Origin: Lama glama
Taxonomy: Eukaryota
Direction of reading: 5' to 3'
DNA length: 64,000 bases
NCBI GenBank assembly: GCA_028534125.1
Contig: CM052819.1
Coordinates: 91,884,001 to 91,948,000 of the forward strand
Positions 53,780 to 64,000 of the stretch are shown here, piece by piece (position 1 is the first letter of the stretch; every line of letters starts with the position of its first letter). The notes beneath the pieces were generated by a model. The model was not told the DNA's origin. It did not search any database and was given only the letters and a program-made list of their open reading frames with translations. The position numbers were made by a program, and so were the translations under genes.

Positions 53780-54247
53780 GCATGTAAAACACTGACCAGC
53801 TTAAACTAATTTTGCTCCTTTAAAATAGACTGCTGATGAATCAGACTTGGAGTTATTTTACAGAGACAGCCCTGCTCATGAGCAGGACAGGGACCCATGT
53901 CTCCAGGATGACCCCAGAACCAAGAATCTTCAATCTACGGAACTCAAAGAGTAGAAATGTTGCCACTGAGCCCTTGACAAAGCCAGAAGTCCTTCAAGAA
54001 GGAAAATGTAGCTTTCTAGCAGCATGAGTAGCTTGATTACTTTATACCAACTGGTTTGAGACTAGCCAGTCAGCTTCCAAGTTTGAAGTTCCCCTAATCC
54101 CTTAAATTTCACCCTGAACTCTGGATCAAGGAGACATACGGGATTTTGCCTCTGGTCTCCTTGCCTGTCGACCTTGCAATAAAGCTCTTTCTTCTCTTAA
54201 AAGCCGATCCCACAAGCTGTTGGGCAGCAAGCCATTGCTCGGTCACG
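53780..54247 (+). mobile_element. ERV1-class LTR (5' boundary uncertain)
   Basis: R/U5-like gtctccttgcctgtcgaccttgcaataaagctctttcttctc...ttgggcagcaagccattgctcggtcac. Confidence 0.7.
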
Positions 54248-54439
54248 TGACTACTTCGGTCTGCAGAAGGAGGACTGGTAATTCACTAGCACCTCACTTG
54301 AAAGTTGGTAGACTTCAATTGTGTGCTGATATTAAAGCCTCTACTGTATCTTAATTGGGTAAGAAGATTCTATAAAGTGTATTTCTAGGCTTCTGTGCAA
54401 AACAGACCTTAGAATAAACTTGCAAATATGTACAAGTAA

Positions 54440-56300
54440 TGTGCTTATGAATGTTCTCTTCTATATCTTATTTTTAAAATTAATAATTGCTACTTTATTT
54501 TCAGTTGCTTAAGTTTCTATAAGTACCATACATAGAGGTCTTAAACACTTCCCAATACTGTTTTCTACATGTTTAGTTCCATGGGTAATTTATCACTTCC
54601 AATCCCTAATCATGGAAAGTCCTGCTGGTGCCCCCTTGTCCCCATCTGGAGTGTCTGCTCTCCTGGCCTGATGTAAAGCCTTCTTTCACTCTCCTATTCT
54701 GAATTCTCCATCTCCTTTTACATCCTCCCTCCTTCTTTGCTCCTCCTTTTTGATGAAACATATTTTCTGGCAGTTTCCTAAGTGCAGGAAAGGTTAGCTT
54801 TTTACTCCTCATGTATCTCAAAAAACCTTTAATCTCCTTTATCTTGGATTAAAAGTGTGGCTTTATTAAACTTTAGGCTGGAAATCCGTCCCCCTCAGGA
54901 TTACAGTACATTGCTCTATTGTATTTAAGTCCTTGATGTTACCCTTTGGAAGGTATAGGCATGTCTTTCTCCTGATTATTTTGTGTGATCTTTTCATTGT
55001 CTGTGTTGTTTCATTCTTTTAAAATCTTTTCTCAGAGGAGTTAGGATTTCCTCCTTATTTCTAGTATTTAATAATTTCACAGACACACATTGTGGTGTAT
55101 GAGTGTTCAGGGATGTTTGGCAAGGGGATGAGGGGGTTGCGATTAAATTGGTTGCCTGTTCAGCCATTGCAATCTGGAGACCATGTCCTTCAATTAAGGC
55201 AAATTTTCCTGTTCTATCTGAGAATTTTTCTCTACCTTATTTTGTTTGTTTTTCTTCCCAGACCACTGAACAGTCTAATAATGAATCCCCTGGATTAATC
55301 ATTTAATATTTTAGCTTTTTATTTCTTTTATCTTTTATATTTTTGTTCTTATTTCTGGTAGACTTCAGCAATTTCATTTGGATTTTTTTCTTATCTCATT
55401 TCTAATGTCAAAGCTATTACTGTCTATTTTTTCTGGTATGGTTTTGAGCTCCTGTATTGGTTTTGTGGGTGAAATAACTTTCCTTTTTTACTGGAAGATA
55501 TTAATTCATTATTACTTTTGTCTTATTTTGAAAATTTTTCCTGCACTGGAATTTTTGACTGTGTGATTTAGTTTTCTCCAATTTTCTCAAGATATTTGCA
55601 TGTTGCCTCGGTTTCCCTTTCATATTTTAATTATTAGTCAAATACCTGGAGAAACTAGGAAGTCTAGGATTGCCCTAAGAGCAAGGGCAAAAATTGTCAA
55701 CCAGTGGACTTTGGTACACAATAATCTGTATCAAATGTGCTTCATTAGTCAATGAAATGCTAGCACAATGCATATATTACCCTTGGGACCAGTTTTGTCT
55801 ATTTTTCATGTATCTGTTATGAAAATTGGAATAGGGCATGTTTACTGTGGGTGGATGAGCTCCGGAACAAGTGGAGGTAGGGAGCTAGGGAGCTTTCCTG
55901 CTCAGGAGACAGATTTCAGCTGAATTCCTCATTTTAAGTCTTCAGTCACATTTTTTACTTTTTTAGTGCGTTAGGTCCCAATGAGCAGGTCCTTATTGGT
56001 TCCATTTTCTCAGAATAGCAGCTTCCAACCTAAGTATGAGGAGGAAACATTAGGAGGAAGCAGTTGCCTTACCGTGGTGGGTAAACAGAGGATACACGGG
56101 GATAGAACTGCTCTCTCTATAAATTCTTACTACCTTTCTAATTTTAGCACCACTGCACAACACCTCCATATTATCTGCCGTCCATGTGTCTTCTTACACT
56201 GGTCCTAAGCCTGTCCATTGTCTTGTAGCCAATTGTTATCCTTTGGCCTTTTTTTTCCCCCCTTTTCTGCCAGTCTATATGTGGCATCTTTCTCTGCTGA
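54440..56300 (-). mobile_element. HAL1 / old L1 ORF1-region relic
   Basis: tttgatgaaacatattttctggcagtttcctaag...ctttaggctggaaat...ccctcagga...cattgctctattgt. Confidence 0.65.
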
Positions 56301-57147
56301 GCTGGTTACCAGTTCCATCCTAACCGCTAGATGCAGTGGTCTTATGTTCAGCTTGATAGTGAATCTCAAGAGACACAATGAGCATTTATTTCCACATTCA
56401 TTCAGTTTTTTAGGAAAATAGAGTAAAAGCAGCATAACAAAAGGGAAGTCTCATGACTCCTGGGTGTGGATTCTGACGTACCAGAGTTGTTCTGAACGTT
56501 GGCATACATGGTTATCAGAGATAAGTGAGGGGGGTATAGAGACCAATTCACCTCAGGGAAACTGTCAATTCTTGAATCTCTTCAAGGTTTATGTATATTT
56601 TAATCAAGTATCCATGTGTTTTGTTCAGTTTTAGATGATTTGTTCCCATTCTGTAGTGCAAATACATCCATGAGTTTTTCATTAACTACAGGTTATTTCG
56701 GTTTAAAAAAAAAAGCAAAAAACCCTCAGGTTGGGAACGTAACTTCAGTAAAACTCTTATTTATCTTGGTTGGATATTCCTATATATTTCTTAAGAGTTA
56801 CTAATTCAAGAACCCAAGCTCCTCAGACAACTTAAAGAAAATAACAGAAAGCCACTTCCATGCTTTTGTTGGACAAATCATTTGCTTACTTTCCTATCAT
56901 TAAAAAAATACATCATTTTCTGTCTCCTTTTCTCTTCTCCTAAACTCATTGACTTGAATTTCTAAATTTCTTTTATTCTTCTTCCTGTCATTTAAGTATA
57001 ATTATTAAGAAATACTTGCACATGCTTTTAATCTAACGTGTAACCGGAAATGCCTAAGATTCAACAAATTTTGATTGTGTTTATAGGAAAAAAATATTAA
57101 AGAGAAGAAAGTCTATTCTAATACAGCTTCCTGCAATTAGAGAAAAT

Positions 57148-57214
57148 AAAAATAGAAACCCAAGGATAATTACGATCTAACAAAAATAGAAACCAAGGAT
57201 AATTATGAGCTAAC
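57148..57214. repeat. 33-34 bp tandem duplication
   Basis: aaaaatagaaacc(c)aaggataatta(c/t)ga(t/g)ctaac, two copies. Confidence 0.9.
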
Positions 57215-58354
57215 ACCCACTCACATCTGCTAAACAAAGCATGTGAGAAAGAGCGACAGTCCAGCAGGAATTTTGTAGACCAGTCTAAGTCCAGCAGATA
57301 TCTCAAAGCCAACTCTCATTATGAAGTGAGATAAATAGACCAAAGACTTATTGCTATTTAATATGAGTCATCTTTGGCAGATCCTTGAAAGACATAATGG
57401 GGTATTTGTAAGTTCATTTTTGCAGATAGATGATAACCAAGTAACAAAAGTAATTGATTATGAATTAACTCAGGTTATTGTTCCAAACTAGTGTATTGTC
57501 CTTAAATATTTTTCTACAGTAGCATGTGGATGCTAATTTGCATGTTCCATTTTTAAGGAAACTCTAAAGTTACCATTTACTGAAAGTATTATCTTTCAAA
57601 ACACAGTTGTTTTGGCAAAAGAACACAGAAGCAGAATGTACAAAATTGCTTTTCTCTTCCATCTGAGGCTCTTGGCAGAAGTCACCCAAAAGCCATTAAT
57701 TACCAGAATGCATTACATTACAGTTAACGTGATTTTGGAAAAAAAAATTCTACTATCAATGTAGAAAATTAACTGTTTGCTCTGTATAATTGGATCATAA
57801 CAAATGAAACTAATGGATTGAAGTCCATGAAATAAAAACCTTCCATTTAATAAAAAATAAATTTCTTACTCAAATATCCAAATTGGCAAGTTTATGTGTA
57901 TAGTATAGAAATGACCGATTCTCAGTCTCTAAATGAGACTTGAATAGCCAAACTCTGTGGTCCAACTTTTACCTCAAAACAAAAAACATTCCCACAAAGA
58001 GTCACATCTGGAGAGTCTGTATTTAATTAAAAAATTTTTTAAATATCCCTGATGATGATTCAAATCATTATGTTTTAGAAGACTCCTAGCCTTGTGATGG
58101 AACATTTAGCAAAATACACCAGAAACCTGTTAAACAGATTAGTTTACTGTGCCAGTGTTTTATTAGCTTAACAGATCTATTTATTTAAGAGGACCCCACA
58201 GCCTTATAAAATACATTTTATTTGGTACTCACAGTGCAGCTACTTAGGGAAATTTGCATACTGGCATTGACTTCCATTGGCACCTTAGGGATTGCCATTT
58301 TACTCCAGGATCCAATTTCTACGAATAATTTAGTGCAGCAAATTGAATTTGTTA

Positions 58355-59076
58355 TGTGGGCTGTTACCTGGAATTCAAAACTACAGGCGAAAGGCACAGT
58401 CCTGGAGACTGGTCCCCAAGAGTTCTGACACTAATGGAAAGTTCAAGAGTTTCCCTAACTATCCAAGTTCGAAAATTTACTGGAAAGACTCAGAGAGCTC
58501 ACTGTAATCTAGTATCCTCAGTGTCACATTTATTACAGAAGAAGGATTCCAATTAGAACCAGTCAAAGGGAGAGACCCATAAGGTAGAATCTGGGGGAAG
58601 CCCAAAGGTGGAGCTCCCAGGAGTCCTTTCCTTGTGTGGTCACAGAGAGTATCACTTATTCCTGACCGTGATATGTGGGAACACGCGTAGAACTTGCCAA
58701 CCAAGGGAGTTCACTCAAGTCTTGGTGTCCATTGTTTTTATTGGAGTTTCATTACATAGGCAAGATTGATTAATTAGTTGCTCAAGTGGTTACACTAGAT
58801 CTGGAGATCAACTGACTTCATGTAACAGAAAGCCTCCATCCTTTAAACACATGGTTGTTCTTTCTGCAAGAACCCCTGCCCTAAGACTATTGGGTGTGGC
58901 CTTATTCACCCTAAAATATCGTGTTATTAAGCACCAGCTGTGGTTCAGGGGGCTCACCAGGAAGAACAAAGACACTCCTGTCACTCAGGGAACTTCATGT
59001 GTTTGGAGGTTACCTCTGAGGAGCCAGGACAAAGACCAGAGCTCTCTGGGACAAAGTCTAAATTCTTTATTACACA
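58355..59076 (-). mobile_element. MER21(C)-like LTR
   Basis: tgtggg...ctacaggcgaaaggcacagtcc...gaaagactcagagagctcactg...aacaaagacactcctgtcactcagg...ctttattacaca; near-TSD GTTA/GTCA. Confidence 0.8.
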
Positions 59077-59545
59077 GTCATTTATTCTTTTCCTTTTCAT
59101 AAGATCTACAAGGAAATGACAACAATGCCAATGAAATAAAAGGTTGTAATCACATCACAATCATATTGTGATCTTTAGTGCGACCACAGATAGAGGATCT
59201 TTTAAGACCTCCATTTAAATTTGTAGTTTTAACCTCTGAATTTTTTCTCTGTTTTTTTGACTGGATGATGTATGCTTCTCTATGAAATAAAACATAATGT
59301 CATAATCAATAAGAAATGTACACTTATTTTGTCAAGAGATGGCTGATTACTATGGGAGGAGTAACCATATAATTGTATTACCTAAAAAAGCAATTTTGAA
59401 AATCCAGAAGCAGAATTAAGATAAAATAGCAAAGGCTTAATTGAAATGTCATAGAATATGAATGCAGGTAAATAAAATGTGGGAAGCTACTAATCTTACA
59501 TGTAGTATTAAAACTGAGTATAACGGGCAGATTAAAGTGTTCTAT

Positions 59546-59703
59546 CTACAGGACCTACAGTATAGCACAGGGAGCTGTTCAATTTCTTGTAATATATAAT
59601 GGAAAGAATCTGATAAAAAGTATATATGTATAACTGAATCACTTTGCTGTACACATGAAAGTAACATTGTAAATCAACTATACTTCAATAATTTTTTTTT
59701 AAA
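59546..59703 (+). mobile_element. Short cetartiodactyl-type L1 3' end
   Basis: gacctacagtatagcacaggg...tgtataactgaatcactttgctgtacac...aaatcaactatacttcaata; TSD taaagtgttc(t/g)at at 59533-59545 and 59704-59716. Confidence 0.85.
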
Positions 59704-59899
59704 TAAAGTGTTCGATTGAAGATTGTACTTGCCTCTACTCTTTATTACATGAAAGAAGAAGGTTAAAGAGCTTGGAATATTATGGAAAGAAAAAGAAAAA
59801 GAAATTAGAATAAAGTGGAGAAGAAAAAACTAACATTTGTTGAATACTTCTAGAAGTTGAACAGTTTATAAGACACTTTATTCCATGTAATAAGAGATA

Positions 59900-60065
59900 T
59901 TTAGTGTGTGGTGGTTGGGCATGGATTGACAAACCAGACCACCTTCATTCCAATATCAATTGTCCATTTACTAGTGGGATGACCTAAGGCAAGTTATCAC
60001 TCTCTTGGGAAGTTCATTTCTTTCTATTGTCGAATGAAAATAAAACCAATGTCTACCTCATAAGG
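59900..60065 (+). mobile_element. MIR SINE
   Basis: ccatttactagt...gacctaaggcaagttatcactctct...tctacctcataagg. Confidence 0.7.
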
Positions 60066-60329
60066 TGTTATGAATTAAATTGTGATCCCCTGAAAAGATT
60101 TGTCCACGCCCTAATTCCCAGTATCTGTGAATATAAACTTCTTTGGAAATAGAATCTTTGTAGATGTCATTAATTTAAGATGAAGTAATTAAGATGGGCC
60201 TTAATCCAATATATCGGGTGTCCTTTTATTTCAGACTTCTAACTTCCAGAACTATGAGAACAAAGGTCTGTTATTTTAAGCCAGCTAGTCTGAGGTACTT
60301 TGTTATGGCAGCCTTGGGCATCTAATACA
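60066..60329 (+). mobile_element. Internally deleted MLT1B/C-like LTR
   Basis: tgttatgaattaaattgtgatcccc...tttggaaatagaatctttgtagatgt ... fused to tcagacttctaacttccagaact...tgttatggcagcc...ctaataca. Confidence 0.85.
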
Positions 60330-61336
60330 CAGAGTAAGTACTGCTGGGTATATGAAGTGACTATAAGTATTACAAGAACTCAGAAGCCTGGATGTAGTAA
60401 GCACTTTGCTTACTCTTTTTAAATCTGATAAACACATAATGATTTGCAGAAAAATGTAAACAAGTTAGAATGATTCTGACCTATTGACAATCTAGAAGAC
60501 TTTATTCTTAGACATAACCTGGAATATTACAGCTTCTGGATAGGAAACCCAATGTCATATTTTACCCCCTACATATAGTTAAATTAATGACTTAGGAAGG
60601 GAACTCTAAACATTGTCTTTTTCTTGAAGGTCAGTACTAAGAAGTTATGAAAAATCAGATATTCCATCACATAAATAGAAATGTGAACAAACAAGCAGAA
60701 ACTTACAGTTGAAAAGCTATATTTAAAACATCAAGAGGAAAACCAAATTAAGTTTTATGTGCAAATGCCATCAACATTTGTCATTAAAAATACTGTGTTT
60801 TCTGTGCGTGCATCTATGTCCCCATTTCCAGATTAAAATTCACGTCACTTATAACCAGCTAAAGTTATTTTAGATATTTCAAATATTATAAAGAGATATC
60901 AAAGACCAAGATTACTTTCATCAACATGAATTGAACACTCTATTTAATAAACCCAGGAAACTACTTGAAAGTAGATTTAGTCATCATAATCGATATACAA
61001 AAAAAAAAATCTTCAGATGAGTCTGAAGAAGTAAACGTATTAGACTTTTAGTGTAAGTCAACCATTATACTTGAAAAAAGTCCAGTTTAACAAAGAACAT
61101 CAGCTTTCACCTATGATTTTATTAATAACCACGTGAGGTCAGTTTTATGCACAATAAACTGGGAAAGCAAGTTCATTTTGATCCTTTATTGCACTAATAT
61201 TCTCTTCTACTTCTAAAGCACAATAGAATGTAATCAAATATCTCCATTTCTATGAAAGTGCTGATGAAAAATATAATAATAGACGGACAGGAGGTAAATT
61301 ACACTTTTCTATCAGCTCTTGCATGTGTGTGGAAAC

Positions 61337-61351
61337 CATTGTTATGCAAAT
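61337..61351 (+). promoter_or_regulatory. SOX-OCT (SOX2/POU) composite motif CATTGTTATGCAAAT
   Basis: Exact match to the canonical zero-spacer composite consensus, in apparently unique DNA; function untested. Confidence 0.55.
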
Positions 61352-62494
61352 GACTGGAGGGTTTTCTCAATATTTTACTTGCTTTCACTACTATATTAAC
61401 ATACTGTTTTTTCAACAAGATGTTCCAAAAGGACGTATCATGTTCACTCTTCATGAAAGCTGATTTAACATTGCCTGCTTTTGAAAAAAAAAAGGTGTAA
61501 AAAATTGAATTTGTATAGACGTATCTTTGAATTTAAACTCTCCCAATAAGTCTATTTTTGAAGAAAGCTTTTATTACAAGAAGCAGAGGTTTTGCTACTA
61601 TATTTGTTTAATGTCATTGCTTTTAAGATGGTGATGAAAAACAATATAGCGTTTGAGTTCTTGCCTACAAGCAGAAAATGCCGCTAAGTTTTCTCTCTAC
61701 AAAAGATGTTATCTTTTCCATTTCCCGTTTTTCAGTGAAACAGATTCTGTGAAATAGTTTCTTATTAGAGTAGTTTGCACTGTTTTGTACTTGTAACACT
61801 TTACATTTTCTATTTTTTTTAGATAAATTTGTCTAAAATGAATATTCAAAATATATCAGCTTTTATAAACAATTCACTTCAATTTTCAGGTCAGCTGGGT
61901 TACAAACAACTAAATCTGTCCTAGAAAAGAAAGCTTGTATGGGGAAAAGGCCGCCTAGCAAATTAATTTGACAAATCAACACAGCTTCAGTCTTTTTCAA
62001 TAAGAACTTAAAAATTTTTTTTTGAGTGTTGTAGCAATCAAAGATTTTATCTAGCCATTCAAAGTGCACATATACATAGTGAGCGTCAGGACAATATTCC
62101 TGAGACCCTATTCAGAGTATTTTCTTTCATACAGTTAACAGGTAGGATTTTCTAGTTTGTTTCATTGTGCATCAGAATTTTGAAAACATTTTTCAAGCTA
62201 TCCCACAGCATTTACCAGGAAACACTACTGAAGCATATTTAGCTAATCACATAATAGACTATATAGTAAACCTCCTTAGGGGTAATGAACCACTTCTTTA
62301 AGACATACTTTGATTTTTCAATAATATTTCTCATGAATTTAAAGATAGAAACTACACATCTTAATATAAATACAAACAAAAGAAATTCAGAAGAGAAACC
62401 AGGTAACTAAAGATACAGATTCTAAAAAAACGAAAGAGTACTTCATACTTCATAGCTAAGCTTTTTAAAAATTTTGTGAGTGTGTGGTTGTGAC

Positions 62495-62675
62495 TTATTT
62501 ATTTATTTAATTTTTTAATAGTTTTTGTTTATTTATTTATTTATGTTTTGTTTGTTTTGTGGGGAGGGGATATAACTTGGTTTATTTATTTATTTTTGAT
62601 GGAGGTACTGGGGATTGAACCCAGGACCCCGTGCATGCTAAGCATGCACTCTACCACTAAGCTATACCCTCTCCC
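62495..62675 (-). mobile_element. tRNA-Ala-derived camelid SINE (Vic-1 type)
   Basis: Minus-strand head GGGAGAGGGTATAGCTTAGTGGTAGAGTGCATGCTTAGCATGCACGGGGTCCTGGGTTCAATCCCCAGTACCTCCA with A/B boxes, A-rich tail, imperfect TSD tgtg(a)gttgtg. Confidence 0.9.
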
Positions 62676-63127
62676 TGTGAGTTGTGTTTTTAATTCATTG
62701 TTGTCTTCAGGCTGAAGCTGTAAACATTATGAAGCAAGATATCAGAGAGAAGGTTTGGAAAACCAGTTAACTAACTTACCTATAAAAACACTTCTTTTTG
62801 GAAATATGTTTAATTTTCATAGAGCTTCCTCTTCTCCTGTCCCATGAAATCCTTCTATGGCCTCTGATTCCTACTCCCTTTATGAACTATGAGCATTTAG
62901 CTAATTCCAGGACACTCTTTGATTCCAGTAGATAATTATTTGCAATTTTGGCCAGAATATTTAAATTTTAAACTTTTATTAAATATAGTATGTTTTGATG
63001 TGAATCTCTGCAGGAAAGGTTTATGTTTTAAACCAAAATTATAGTTTTTTCTATTAAAATCTTATTTCCTCCAAATTTAATTTGTTAGACTTCTTCTTAA
63101 TAATTTGCCACTTCTCACCAAAGTGAA

Positions 63128-63157
63128 ACACACGCACACACACACACACACACACAC
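63128..63157. repeat. (CA)n microsatellite
   Basis: Directly visible. Confidence 0.95.
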
Positions 63158-64000
63158 CCTGCTTCCTAAAGCAACTACTTGGAATTGTAGGTGTTGGTCA
63201 AAAAATAATTTTGTTTAATTTTTAATGTTTAATATGTACAAAACAATAAATATTCTATTAAGACAATGGGCTGACTTTTTAAAGTCAAAGCAAAATCTGA
63301 ATTTGAGTGCGTCCCTCAGCATAAATGAGATGTACAGTGATGCATGCCACCCTAGTCTTACAGTCATCATCAGCTGCTCAGGTAATATTAGAAGTACCTG
63401 TAAAAGAGGTGCGCAAACATGATTCTTTGGCAGAGAGCAAATGTGATTGAGTGAAGACTTCTCAAATTTGGGACCTGAAAGTACCCAAGGCAGCTAGCTG
63501 CCCATTAAAACTCATCTGAAAGACAAATTGCTACCTGGTTGGTCACAACTGTTCCCACTAACACAGGACATCAGATGATTATAAGGACACAGTATGGCCA
63601 CCTTTCATGATGCCAAAAAAAAAAAAAGCCACTCAGATTGGAAGGAGGCAACACAAACACAATACATGGAGTAACTTGTAAGTTGAAAAAGGGTATTTAA
63701 GAGCATGCTGAAATAGAAATTGACGGCACACGCCATGTAGACAATCATACACGCAGGGCAGAGTCATCCCATCACAAGTAATTTAAACACTCAGATTCCC
63801 TCCTGCGAGATAAAGCAGGTTGTCTGAATCAGCTGCATTTTCGTCTTGTCATTCCAACACACTATCAGGCCAGCAGTTTCTGTGGAGCGTGTTTTAATGC
63901 AACAGTAAATAGAGCCTACGGTCATGAGTCAACTCCCACACTTCATCACGGTAAGTCAGTTCCCAGGCTGAAGGCTCTGTTGTGATATATGAGCTTAATA

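Noticed and set aside
5572-57370. Scattered single AP-1 and octamer motifs
   Set aside because: 7-8-mers occur at chance frequency in AT-rich DNA; only composite or clustered cases were kept
62600-62675. tRNA-Ala(AGC)-like sequence
   Set aside because: It is the head of a SINE with an A-rich tail and TSD, and the acceptor stem is altered; not a tRNA gene
1-64000. CRISPR arrays, operons, rRNA or a prokaryote-like system
   Set aside because: No repeat-spacer array or gene-dense structure; the sequence is mammalian and repeat-rich

Overview
AT-rich, CpG-depleted mammalian non-coding DNA (intergenic or deep intron). A tRNA-Ala-derived Vic-1-type SINE and cetartiodactyl-type L1 3' ends point to a camelid (alpaca, llama or camel); this is inferred from repeat content. 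No protein-coding gene is supported: the ORFs are short, lack recognisable domains and mostly fall in repeats. The window is a patchwork of transposon relics (ERV1 solo LTRs, MaLR/ERVL LTRs, an ERVL internal dUTPase remnant, L1/HAL1, L2, CR1/L3, MIR, Charlie1, MER2), microsatellites and one 128-N gap. I did not find a new biological system I can support. The best leads are regulatory or transcriptional: a perfect SOX-OCT composite motif (61337-61351); two same-family solo LTRs bracketing a well-formed mini-intron (10252-11760); a CpG-rich 57-nt minus-strand exon candidate (5197-5253); a CTCF-like motif inside the ERVL remnant; and an L1 with an inverted 5' segment. Repeat subfamily names are recognised by eye, and boundaries are approximate unless a TSD is quoted.
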